DNA from: Treponema sp.
GTDB taxonomy: Bacteria > Spirochaetota > Spirochaetia > Treponematales > Breznakiellaceae
Reading direction: 5' to 3'
Length of the DNA: 64,000 nt
Assembly: GCA_009777335.1 (NCBI GenBank)
Contig: WRMC01000010.1
Coordinates: forward strand, 31,890-95,889
The translations under genes were made by a program, and so were the position numbers. Numbering within the stretch: position 1 is the first letter of the stretch; every line of letters begins with the position of its first letter. A model generated the notes under the pieces. The model did no database searches. It saw only the letters and a list, made by a program, of their open reading frames with translations, and had not been told where the DNA came from. This document shows positions 27,419 to 36,055 of the stretch, piece by piece.

Positions 27419-27458
27419 TCCCTTTTGTAGTAAGTTGTTTTTATGTACAGGAGGACTT

Positions 27459-28028
27459 ATGTCGGATGCATCTAAGTCAGAAACAATGCGGGATATTATT
27501 AACCGCGTACGGGTATTGAGGGAAATTTCCAATATATCTGCCGATGACCTCGCCAAGGAATTGGGCTTTGATCCCATCGAATACGCCGCTTGGGAATCGG
27601 GAGAAAAAGAGTTTTCCATGGGTGCCCTGGTAGAAATTGCCGGGTACTTCAAGGTAGATCTCTCGGAACTCATTACAGGCCTTACCTCGAAACTGCGGAC
27701 TTTCTGCATTACCAGGGCCGGTGAGGCTCCCGAAGTTAGCCGCCGGCCTATGTACACATACTGGAATCTTGCCTATAACTTTCACCGGAAAAAATGTGAT
27801 CCCTTCATGGTGGAAGCAAGTTCAGATACCGAAAAGAACCCCATAGCCCTGAATACCCATCCGGGACAGGAGTTTAACTATGTGGTGGAAGGGCGGCTCC
27901 TCATCTCTGTGGGGGGCCGTGAGTCGGAACTTGGACCCGGGGATTGTATTTATTACGATTCCACCGAACCCCATGGCATGAAGGCCCTGGGAGGGAAACC
28001 TGCCCGCTTTTTAGCTTTTGTGCTTTAA
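27459..28028 (+). CDS. XRE-family HTH + cupin-domain transcriptional regulator
   Basis: The ATG at 27459 is preceded by AGGAGG. It has an N-terminal HTH (ISADDLAKELGFDPIEYAAWESGEKE) and a C-terminal cupin (HPGQEFNYVVEGRL...YYDSTEPHGM). Confidence 0.85.
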   Translation: MSDASKSETMRDIINRVRVLREISNISADDLAKELGFDPIEYAAWESGEKEFSMGALVEIAGYFKVDLSELITGLTSKLRTFCITRAGEAPEVSRRPMYTYWNLAYNFHRKKCDPFMVEASSDTEKNPIALNTHPGQEFNYVVEGRLLISVGGRESELGPGDCIYYDSTEPHGMKALGGKPARFLAFVL

Positions 28029-28089
28029 GGCCCTATAAACAGCAGGTTTTACATACCTAAACAACTAAAGAGGAAACCTAGAGGATATT

Positions 28090-29835
28090 ATGACTGCAAC
28101 AATGATGGATACCTTTGTACCAAAGAAGGATTTTGATTCCTATGAAGAATTTTACAACAATTTTACGGTCCAGGTGCCGGAAAACTTCAATTTTGCCTGG
28201 GATGTGATGGATGTATTGGCTCGGGACAAGCCTAATGAACGGGCCCTGGTCTGGTGTGACGAAAAGGGGGCCGATGCGGAATTCACCTTTGAGGATATCA
28301 GGAAGCTGTCCAACCAGGCAGCCCATGTGCTGAGCAAGGGGGGCATACAAAAGGGTGACCCCGTAATGCTCATCCTTAAACGCCGCTTCGAGTACTGGCC
28401 CATACTTCTGGCTCTGCACAAGATAGGGGCCGTGGCCATTCCCGCCACCCACCTGCTGACCTCCAAGGATATAATCTACCGCATGGAGGCCGCCGATATA
28501 GTCTCCATCATCTGTGTGGACGATCCTGAGCTTCTGGTGAGGGTCGACGAATCGGAGCTTGCCACCGCCAAGGAAGGGAAGAGCCGGCTCAAATTTAAGG
28601 CCTTTGTCCGTTCAGTCCATACCCCCAAAGAAGAAGACCCGGCCCAAAAGGCCGCTGCCCTCTTCAAAGAAAAGGCCCTGAGTGCATGGACAGACTTTAA
28701 TGTCCAGTCAAAGACTGAAGCGGAGGACTTTACCAGGGCCGCTTCGGTAAACAGCAATACCGACAGTATGCTCCTTTATTTTACCTCCGGCACCACGGGG
28801 ATGCCCAAGATGGTCCGCCACGACTGGGCCTATCCCCTGGGGCATATAGTCACCGCCCATTATTGGCACCGGGTAGTAAAGGGGGGGCTCCATCTTACGG
28901 TGGCCGACACAGGCTGGGCTAAAGCCGCCTGGGGCACCATCTATGGTCAATGGATCTGCGAAGCGGCGGTGTTTGTTTATGATTATGACCGCTTTGTGCC
29001 CCAGGCCATGCTTGAGGTGATCAGCAAGTATAAGCTGAGTACCTTCTGCGCTCCCCCCACCATTTATGTGTTCTTTGTCAAAGAGGACCTAAAAAAATAC
29101 GATTTTTCCTCCCTTAAAAATTGCGCCACCGCCGGGGAACCCTTGAATCCCGAGATCTATGAGGCCTTTCTGGCCGGGACGGGGATCAAGCTCCGGGAGT
29201 GCTACGGCCAGACCGAACTTACCGTTACCCTCTGTACCTATCCCTGGCTCGAGCCCAAGCCCGGTTCCATGGGTAAGCCTTCCCCCGGCTATGATATAGA
29301 TCTGGTCAGAGAAGACGGAAGCTCCTGTGACATGGGTGAAGAGGGTCAAATCGTGGTCCGGACCGACAGGAGAAAGCCCCTGGGGATGTTCCATGGATAT
29401 TACCGGGATGATGATCTTACCAAGAGCGTCTGGTACGATAATGTGTACCACACGGGGGATATAGCCTGGAAGGATGAAGACGGCTACTTCTGGTTTGTGG
29501 GCCGCAGCGATGATGTCATAAAAAGTTCGGGGTACCGGATAGGCCCCTTTGAGGTGGAAAGCGCCCTCTATGAGCACCCGGCGGTCCTGGAATGTGCGGT
29601 CACGGGGGTCCCTGATCCCGACCGGGGCATGGTGGTAAAGGCTACCATAGTCCTCTCCAAGGATTGGACTGCTTCGGAGGAACTCAAGGTGGAGCTCCAA
29701 AACCATGTTAAAAAAATCACCGCCCCCTATAAGTACCCCAGGGTGATAGAATTTGTCCCCGGTCTGCCAAAGACCATCAGCGGCAAAATCCGGCGGGTCC
29801 AGATCCGGGAAGGTGACAGGAGCAGTGCCGAATGA
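28090..29835 (+). CDS. AMP-forming acyl-CoA synthetase (short/medium-chain type)
   Basis: AMP-binding motif YFTSGTTGMPKMV, then YGQTE and GDIAWKDEDGYFWFVGRSDDVIKSSGYRIGPFEVE, with a C-terminal SGKIRR. Confidence 0.85.
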   Translation: MTATMMDTFVPKKDFDSYEEFYNNFTVQVPENFNFAWDVMDVLARDKPNERALVWCDEKGADAEFTFEDIRKLSNQAAHVLSKGGIQKGDPVMLILKRRFEYWPILLALHKIGAVAIPATHLLTSKDIIYRMEAADIVSIICVDDPELLVRVDESELATAKEGKSRLKFKAFVRSVHTPKEEDPAQKAAALFKEKALSAWTDFNVQSKTEAEDFTRAASVNSNTDSMLLYFTSGTTGMPKMVRHDWAYPLGHIVTAHYWHRVVKGGLHLTVADTGWAKAAWGTIYGQWICEAAVFVYDYDRFVPQAMLEVISKYKLSTFCAPPTIYVFFVKEDLKKYDFSSLKNCATAGEPLNPEIYEAFLAGTGIKLRECYGQTELTVTLCTYPWLEPKPGSMGKPSPGYDIDLVREDGSSCDMGEEGQIVVRTDRRKPLGMFHGYYRDDDLTKSVWYDNVYHTGDIAWKDEDGYFWFVGRSDDVIKSSGYRIGPFEVESALYEHPAVLECAVTGVPDPDRGMVVKATIVLSKDWTASEELKVELQNHVKKITAPYKYPRVIEFVPGLPKTISGKIRRVQIREGDRSSAE

Positions 29836-31172
29836 TCACAGCCAAAGAAAATTACGTAACCCGGTTAATCGAAAACGATTACATAGACCCGGAACTCTAC
29901 GGGAAATTCGATGTAAAACGGGGGCTCCGGAATGCCGACGGCACCGGGGTCCTGGTGGGACTCACCCGGGTGGGGGATGTTCACGGCTATGATATTATAG
30001 AAGGGAAAAAGGTAGCTGTCCCGGGAAAACTCTTCTACCGGGGAATCGATGTTAATTCGATTATAAATACCGCCGAGAAGGAGAAACGCTTTGCCTACGA
30101 AGAAAGCACCTATCTCCTCATGTTCGGTCACCTGCCTAACCGGGAGCAGTTAAAAGAATTTGCTTCCCTCATAGGCAGCTTGCGGGGTCTCCCCAGGAAT
30201 TTTGCCGAGGATTCGATTCTTAAATTCCCCTCCCGGGACATCATGAATAAGCTGGCCCGGTCGGTCCTGACTCTTTATTCCTATGATGAATCTCCAGAAG
30301 ATCAGGCCCCCGAAAATGTGCTCCGCCAATGCCTGGAATTAATTGCCCGGTTCCCCACCATTGTGGCTTATTCGTACATGGCCAAGAAGCATTACTTTGA
30401 TCATGACAGTCTGGTTATCCATGTACCGGACCCCCATGCCTCTACGGCGGAGCTGGTCCTCAAGCTGATCCGCCAGGATATGCAGTTCAGCACCCTGGAG
30501 GCAGAGATCCTGGACATGGCCCTGGTGCTTCATGCGGAACACGGGGGAGGGAATAACTCCACCTTTGCGGTCCATCTTATTTCTTCCGCCGAAACCGACA
30601 CCTACTCTGCCATTGCCGCCGGGGTTGGCTCCCTAAAGGGCTATAAGCATGGGGGTGCCAATATTAAGGTCATGGAAATGATGGATGATATAAAGAAGCA
30701 TGTTAAACGCTGGGATGATAAAAAGGAGCTAGCGGCCTACTTGCGGGCAATTCTTAAGGGCGAAGCCAATGACGGCTCCGGTCTGGTCTACGGCCAGGGC
30801 CATGCGGTGTATACCGTGTCAGACCCCAGAACCATTTTGCTGCGGGATAAAGCTGCCTTCCTGGCGGAAGAAAAGAACCTGAGCCAGGAGTTTATTCTGT
30901 ACCGCAATATCGAAGAAATATTCCCTGAGATCTTTAAGAAAGAAAAGGGGATAGATAAGGACATCTGCACCAACGTGGATTTTTATTCCGGCTTTGTCTA
31001 CAAGATGCTCGGCATTCCCCTGGAGGTATACACCTCTATTTTTGCCATCAGCCGGGTGGCAGGCTGGTGTGCCCACCGGATGGAAGAACTCATCTCCGGG
31101 GGCCGGATTATCCGGCCGGCCTACAAATGTGTCCAGGATCCGGTTCCTTATAGCTCTGTTAATGAGAGGTAA
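29832..31172 (+). CDS. citrate synthase family protein (citrate or 2-methylcitrate synthase)
   Basis: ATGA overlap with the acyl-CoA synthetase gene. Motifs are LVLHAEHGGGNNSTF, YGQGHAVYTVSDPR and NVDFYSG. Confidence 0.85.
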   Translation: MITAKENYVTRLIENDYIDPELYGKFDVKRGLRNADGTGVLVGLTRVGDVHGYDIIEGKKVAVPGKLFYRGIDVNSIINTAEKEKRFAYEESTYLLMFGHLPNREQLKEFASLIGSLRGLPRNFAEDSILKFPSRDIMNKLARSVLTLYSYDESPEDQAPENVLRQCLELIARFPTIVAYSYMAKKHYFDHDSLVIHVPDPHASTAELVLKLIRQDMQFSTLEAEILDMALVLHAEHGGGNNSTFAVHLISSAETDTYSAIAAGVGSLKGYKHGGANIKVMEMMDDIKKHVKRWDDKKELAAYLRAILKGEANDGSGLVYGQGHAVYTVSDPRTILLRDKAAFLAEEKNLSQEFILYRNIEEIFPEIFKKEKGIDKDICTNVDFYSGFVYKMLGIPLEVYTSIFAISRVAGWCAHRMEELISGGRIIRPAYKCVQDPVPYSSVNER

Positions 31173-31264
31173 GGACCTTGAACCCTTCACCCTAAAAGAC
31201 TATGCTAGGGGGAACCAGGAAGCAGAGAGCTTCGGGCCAATTTTATTTGACGGAAGTGAAAACC

Positions 31265-31987
31265 ATGAAGAAAGTTAACGTGCTATCTGTGTTAGTCCTG
31301 GTCCTTGGTCTGACCGTTTTAAGCTCCTGCAACAGGGGCAGTTCAAACGCCGAATCGGTGGACAGGGAAACCAGTTATGCCTTTGGGATGTTTGTGGCGG
31401 GGTTCTTAACCGCCGATCTGGGTCTCCCCGTTTTGGGCTATGATTATAACGCTTTTATGGACGGCTTTCGGGATTATAATGATGCCCGGGAAACCCGCTT
31501 TACCGAAGAACAGGCCATGGACAGGATCATCGCCTTCCTCAGCGGCCTTGAACTTCCACCGGCCCAGTTTGATGAAGAATTATGGATGATTAGTGAGCTA
31601 AACCGGGAAGAAGGGGAAGCTTACATGGCACAGAACGCCGCCAGGAGCGGAGTAAGCACCACCTCCAGCGGCCTCCAGTATGAAGTGGTCCAGCAGGGCA
31701 CGGGTTTACGGCCCGGTATCAATGATACCGTTCAGGTCCACTACGAAGGGACCTTTCTGGACGGCTTTGTCTTTGACAGCTCCTATAACCGGGGTATCCC
31801 GGCGGAGTTCCCCCTTTCCATGGTTATCGAAGGATGGACCGAGGGCTTACAGCTCATGAACGAGGGGAGCATATACCGTTTTGTAATCCCCCCCCATCTT
31901 GGTTATGGGGTAGGGGGTATACCCAACGCCATCCCCCCCAACCAAACTCTTATTTTTAGAGTGGAGCTACTTTCGGTAGAAAGGTAA
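31265..31987 (+). CDS. FKBP-type peptidyl-prolyl isomerase, Mip/FkpA-like lipoprotein
   Basis: The start at MKKVNVL gives a lipobox (LTVLSSC). It has an N-terminal dimerisation-type helix region and a C-terminal FKBP domain (VQVHYEGTFLDGFVFDSS...LIFRVELL). Confidence 0.85.
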   Translation: MKKVNVLSVLVLVLGLTVLSSCNRGSSNAESVDRETSYAFGMFVAGFLTADLGLPVLGYDYNAFMDGFRDYNDARETRFTEEQAMDRIIAFLSGLELPPAQFDEELWMISELNREEGEAYMAQNAARSGVSTTSSGLQYEVVQQGTGLRPGINDTVQVHYEGTFLDGFVFDSSYNRGIPAEFPLSMVIEGWTEGLQLMNEGSIYRFVIPPHLGYGVGGIPNAIPPNQTLIFRVELLSVER

Positions 31988-31990
31988 GGT

Positions 31991-32704
31991 ATGAGGACAT
32001 ATAAAACCCTTGTAGCAGGGACGGTACTTTTTTTTGCGGCGGTGTTTTTCTGCGCCGCCGAGGGCATAGCCGAGAAGGCCCAGAGGGGAAACGAAAGGGC
32101 CGAAATGAGCTATGCCTTTGGAATGTACCTGGCCCTGGACCTCATGGAAACGGGCCTGGAATTTGACTATGCCGCCTTCGCCCAGGGCTTCCGGGAAACC
32201 ATGGAACAGGAAGAAACCCTCTTTAGCATAGAAGAAGCCATAGATATCTTAAACATGGCCTTTGACCGGCTCATGGCTGAAGAAGATGAGCTTATGCGGA
32301 TCGAGGGTGAATGGCAGCGCCAGCGGGGCGAGGCCTTCCTGGCCGAGAACAGCCAAAGACCCGGGGTGATAGTGACCCCCAGCGGTCTCCAGGTAGAAAT
32401 CCTCATCGAAGGAAGCGGAGAGATACCTGGGGCTGCCGACTATGTGCTGGTCCATTACCACGGAACCTTTGTAGACGGAGAAGTCTTTGATACCACCCGG
32501 GATGATGCGGAGCCCATACTCCTTCCTGTTGACCAGGTAATACCCGGCTGGTCCGAGGGTTTACGGATGATCAGCGAAGGAAGCTTTGCCCGCTTCTTTA
32601 TTCCCCCCGACCTGGCCTATGGACCCTGGGGGCTCTATGGAGCTATTCCCCCCTATGCGGTGCTTATCTTCGAAGTAGAGCTCATCGCCATAGTGCGGGA
32701 TTAG
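31991..32704 (+). CDS. FKBP-type peptidyl-prolyl isomerase, second Mip/FkpA-like paralog
   Basis: A signal or lipoprotein leader (LFFAAVFFCA) followed by an FKBP domain (VLVHYHGTFVDGEVFDTT...LIFEVELI). Confidence 0.85.
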   Translation: MRTYKTLVAGTVLFFAAVFFCAAEGIAEKAQRGNERAEMSYAFGMYLALDLMETGLEFDYAAFAQGFRETMEQEETLFSIEEAIDILNMAFDRLMAEEDELMRIEGEWQRQRGEAFLAENSQRPGVIVTPSGLQVEILIEGSGEIPGAADYVLVHYHGTFVDGEVFDTTRDDAEPILLPVDQVIPGWSEGLRMISEGSFARFFIPPDLAYGPWGLYGAIPPYAVLIFEVELIAIVRD

Positions 32705-33870
32705 CTCAGGTACTCCTCTATAATTGACGAGAGTGGGTTTTCGTCTATCTTGATTATTCCCTTTTCCCTTTCGCAGCTTTCTACCGAGTCCGAGGCATGG
32801 GCGGTGTTTACCATCACGTCCCTGCCAAATTCCCGGCGCACCGTTCCCCCCGGGGCCTTTAGGGGGTCCGTGGGGCCCAGGACGTCCCGGATCTTCTCCA
32901 CCGCTTTTTCGCCCTCGTATATAAGGACCATGCACTTTACGGTCCCTGGCAAGGCCGCCTCCTCCGGGGGGCAGCTATCGGGCCGGCGGCCGGACATAAA
33001 TTCCACTATCTGGTAAAACTGATCCCGGGCATAAGCTTCGCCGAAGCAGGAGCTTAGGCAGGCCCGGGTTTTTTCATCCAGGGGCAGGGAGAATTCCTTT
33101 TCGAGGACCTCCAGGGCCCGGTCACCAAAAATGGGCCCCAGCCGCTTTATCAGGGCCCCCTCTACGGGGCCGTAAAAATCCAGGGCCTGGGCCAAGGATA
33201 TGCTGAATACCTTGGTCCCCACTATGCGAAGGCCCGTACGGGAAAACATGTCAATGATGGTCCCGGGCCTGCCCGAGGCATTGCTCCAGTTATCGGGTTT
33301 AATTATAACCAGGGTCTGCTCTATCTTTTGGCCCTCCGGGTAGACCATGTTATGGACTATATTTTCGCTTTCCTTAAAGTATTTTACAAAAAGGGCCATT
33401 ACCTCGTTGGCATAATCCTGGGTGTGGGGGGTAAGAACCGCGGGCTCAAAGTAAATGGGCTTGGTATTGTCCTGACCATCATAAATAAGATCTGCATAGG
33501 TGTCTCTAATGGTTTCACCAGTGAGGGTTTCAAAGCTCCGGCTCTCGGGGGAGATGGGGCCGCAGGTTTCGGAGAGCTTCCGGCAGGCATCGGTTCCCTT
33601 AAAGATAAGAAAGAGGGACCGGTGCTTGCGGCCCCCAGAGGGCCCCAGGTGCTGCTCTATATAATTGGCCAGGAGTCCCTCTGCACCGGATAAATTTTGC
33701 TTCCGCACTACCGCGGCATATTCACCCACAAAGTCTTCGTTGGGGGTTATTATCTGGGCCCCTACCAGCTCCAGATCTGATCGGGAAAGAAGCCGGGCAA
33801 TGACCCCTCCGGTTCTGCTTTTGGCTATGGTGTAGGGGGTTACCAGCACATAGGATAAACTCTCTTTCAT
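32701..33870 (-). CDS. tandem nucleoside-diphosphate-kinase-domain protein
   Basis: The start at MKESLSY (33870) has the SD AAGGAG. The C-terminal domain has NDK motifs: LVIIKPD, FY, TVRREFG and NTAHASDSVES. The N-terminal domain is NDK-like but degenerate (VLVTPY, no Lys). Confidence 0.75.
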   Translation of the reverse strand: MKESLSYVLVTPYTIAKSRTGGVIARLLSRSDLELVGAQIITPNEDFVGEYAAVVRKQNLSGAEGLLANYIEQHLGPSGGRKHRSLFLIFKGTDACRKLSETCGPISPESRSFETLTGETIRDTYADLIYDGQDNTKPIYFEPAVLTPHTQDYANEVMALFVKYFKESENIVHNMVYPEGQKIEQTLVIIKPDNWSNASGRPGTIIDMFSRTGLRIVGTKVFSISLAQALDFYGPVEGALIKRLGPIFGDRALEVLEKEFSLPLDEKTRACLSSCFGEAYARDQFYQIVEFMSGRRPDSCPPEEAALPGTVKCMVLIYEGEKAVEKIRDVLGPTDPLKAPGGTVRREFGRDVMVNTAHASDSVESCEREKGIIKIDENPLSSIIEEYLS

Positions 33871-33984
33871 TGTAAGCTCCTTGGGGCCTATCATACGAAG
33901 ATACGGTTTCTTTGTCAAAGAGGATGACTTCGGGGTCTTTTCCCTCCCCGGGCCTTAGGGGTACAATGGGCCCACGGAGTTTCC

Positions 33985-36051
33985 ATGTTACAGTTCATGC
34001 GTAATATAGGCATCATGGCCCATATTGATGCGGGTAAAACCACCACCACCGAGCGAATTCTCTATTACACCGGACGCAGTCACCGGCTTGGAGAGGTGGA
34101 TGACGGCGAAGCCATTATGGATTGGATGGAACAGGAGCAGGAAAGGGGTATCACCATACAGAGTGCCGCCACCACCACCTACTGGAGGCGGACCCACAAG
34201 GGCGTCCAGGGTACGGGCCCCCTGCACCAGATTAATGTGATCGATACTCCGGGGCATGTGGATTTTACCGCCGAAGTAGAGCGATCCCTTAGGGTCCTCG
34301 ACGGGGCGGTGGCGATCTTCGATGCGGTCCATTGGGTAGAACCCCAGACCGAAACGGTGTGGCGTCAGGCTGCCCGTTACCATGTGCCCTGCATAGGGTA
34401 CATCAATAAAATGGACCGGACCGGGGCAGATTTTTTTTCCGCCCTGGATGATATAGCTGCCAAACTGGGGACCCCCGCCACGGCCCTGCAGATACCCATA
34501 GGAAAAGAAAATACCTTCGAGGGCGTCATAGATCTCATCGAAATGGTAGAGCTGCGCTGGGACCCTTCAACCAATGGGGAAGAAATTCGAATATCCCCCA
34601 TAGGGCCCCAACGGGAAGAAGAGGCCCTCACATGGCGGGAGAAACTCATCGATGCCCTCTCTGCCGTATCGGACCCGGTGACCGAGAAATACCTGGCTGG
34701 AGAAGAGCTGCCCCTTGATCTTATCCGGGGGGAGCTACGAAAGGCCGTGATAGACCGGAAGATCTTTCCCGTCTTTGCCGGAGCTTCCCGCCGGAACATG
34801 GGGGTCCAGCCCCTGATCGACGCCATCCTTGATTACCTCCCCGCCCCCGATGAAGTAGAACCTGCCCTGGGGCGGCATCAGAAGCGGGACGAAGACATTC
34901 CCATCCCCTGTGATTCTGATGCTCAGGCCCTGGCTCTGGTGTTTAAGATCCAAACGGAGCGGGAGGCCGGGAGCCTCTGCTATGTCCGGATGTATTCGGG
35001 GGTCCTCAAGCCAGGGACGGTGGTGTTCAATGTGGGAAAACGCAAGAGGGAAAGGGCCAATAGAATTTTACGGATGCATTCAAATAAATCGGAACCCATA
35101 GATACCCTCAGCGCCGGGGACATAGGGGTGATCATAGGAATGAAGGAAGCTCAGACCGGAGACACCATAGGCAGCGAAGGCTGGCCCGTCTTACTGGAGC
35201 GGATGCAGTTTCCGGAGCCGGTTATATCGGTTTCCATGGAACCCATGAATCATTCGGAGCAGGAAAAGCTAAAGGACATCCTGGCCATCCTCTCTAAAGA
35301 GGACCCCACCTTTGTGGCCAAGGAAAACGAAGAAACGGGGCAGCTCATTATTTCCGGCATGGGGGAACTCCATCTGGATGTGCTGGTAACCCGGATCCTC
35401 AAGGAGTTCAATGTCAGTGCCAAGGTGGGGAACCCCCAGGTAACCTATAGGGAATCTATCAGCCAGACCCTGGAAAGGACCGAAACCTTTTCCCGGGTAA
35501 TCGCCGGCAAGGAGAATTCCGCCTCCCTTACCATGCGCTTTGAACCCCGGGAGCGGGGGACGGGGAACCATTACTCCTGGAACCTGAGGGATGCCAAGAT
35601 CCCCCAGGAGATTCAAGATGCAGTGGAACGGGGGGTGCTTTCGGCCCTGCAATCGGGGATAGTCCTGGGCTACCCCTGCATAGACATAGGGGTGAGCATT
35701 ACGGGAGCGGTCTACTCGGAGCTTAACTCCACCGAGTTTGCCTTCGAAGCCTGTGCCTCCATGGGGTTTGACGAGGGCTGCCGGAATGCTGCGCCCATTT
35801 TACTGGAGCCCATCATGGCGGTGGAGCTAAGCTCCCCCAAGGAATTTGTGGGAGATGTCATTAGCCTGGTAACCCAAAGGGGAGGGCAGGTATTGAATAT
35901 GGAATCCAAGGCCCTGGGGGATGAAGTAAAGGCCCTGGCTCCCATGGAAAAAATGTTTGGGTTCATGACTGCCCTGCGCAGTACCAGCCAGGGCCGGGCC
36001 ACCTTTACCATGGAATTTTCCCACTTCGAAAAGAGATCCGAAAAGTTTTAG
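33985..36051 (+). CDS. fusA: elongation factor G paralog (outside a str operon)
   Basis: G motifs AHIDAGKTT, DTPGHVDF and NKMD, with domains II to V recognisable (GELHLDV). No rpsL, rpsG or tuf gene lies nearby. Confidence 0.9.
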   Translation: MLQFMRNIGIMAHIDAGKTTTTERILYYTGRSHRLGEVDDGEAIMDWMEQEQERGITIQSAATTTYWRRTHKGVQGTGPLHQINVIDTPGHVDFTAEVERSLRVLDGAVAIFDAVHWVEPQTETVWRQAARYHVPCIGYINKMDRTGADFFSALDDIAAKLGTPATALQIPIGKENTFEGVIDLIEMVELRWDPSTNGEEIRISPIGPQREEEALTWREKLIDALSAVSDPVTEKYLAGEELPLDLIRGELRKAVIDRKIFPVFAGASRRNMGVQPLIDAILDYLPAPDEVEPALGRHQKRDEDIPIPCDSDAQALALVFKIQTEREAGSLCYVRMYSGVLKPGTVVFNVGKRKRERANRILRMHSNKSEPIDTLSAGDIGVIIGMKEAQTGDTIGSEGWPVLLERMQFPEPVISVSMEPMNHSEQEKLKDILAILSKEDPTFVAKENEETGQLIISGMGELHLDVLVTRILKEFNVSAKVGNPQVTYRESISQTLERTETFSRVIAGKENSASLTMRFEPRERGTGNHYSWNLRDAKIPQEIQDAVERGVLSALQSGIVLGYPCIDIGVSITGAVYSELNSTEFAFEACASMGFDEGCRNAAPILLEPIMAVELSSPKEFVGDVISLVTQRGGQVLNMESKALGDEVKALAPMEKMFGFMTALRSTSQGRATFTMEFSHFEKRSEKF

Positions 36052-36055
36052 CCTA

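Noticed and set aside
27337-27519. A 60-aa ORF in the kinase-array / XRE-regulator intergenic region, and a similar 61-aa ORF at 50295-50480.
   Set aside because: Neither has an SD. Both overlap the start of a well-supported gene and lie in AT-rich promoter DNA, where random ORFs are expected.
28090-31172. Calling the ligase and synthase pair prpE/prpC (the methylcitrate cycle).
   Set aside because: No prpB or prpD (methylisocitrate lyase or methylcitrate dehydratase) gene lies in the window, and substrate specificity cannot be read from motifs by eye. I kept the calls generic.
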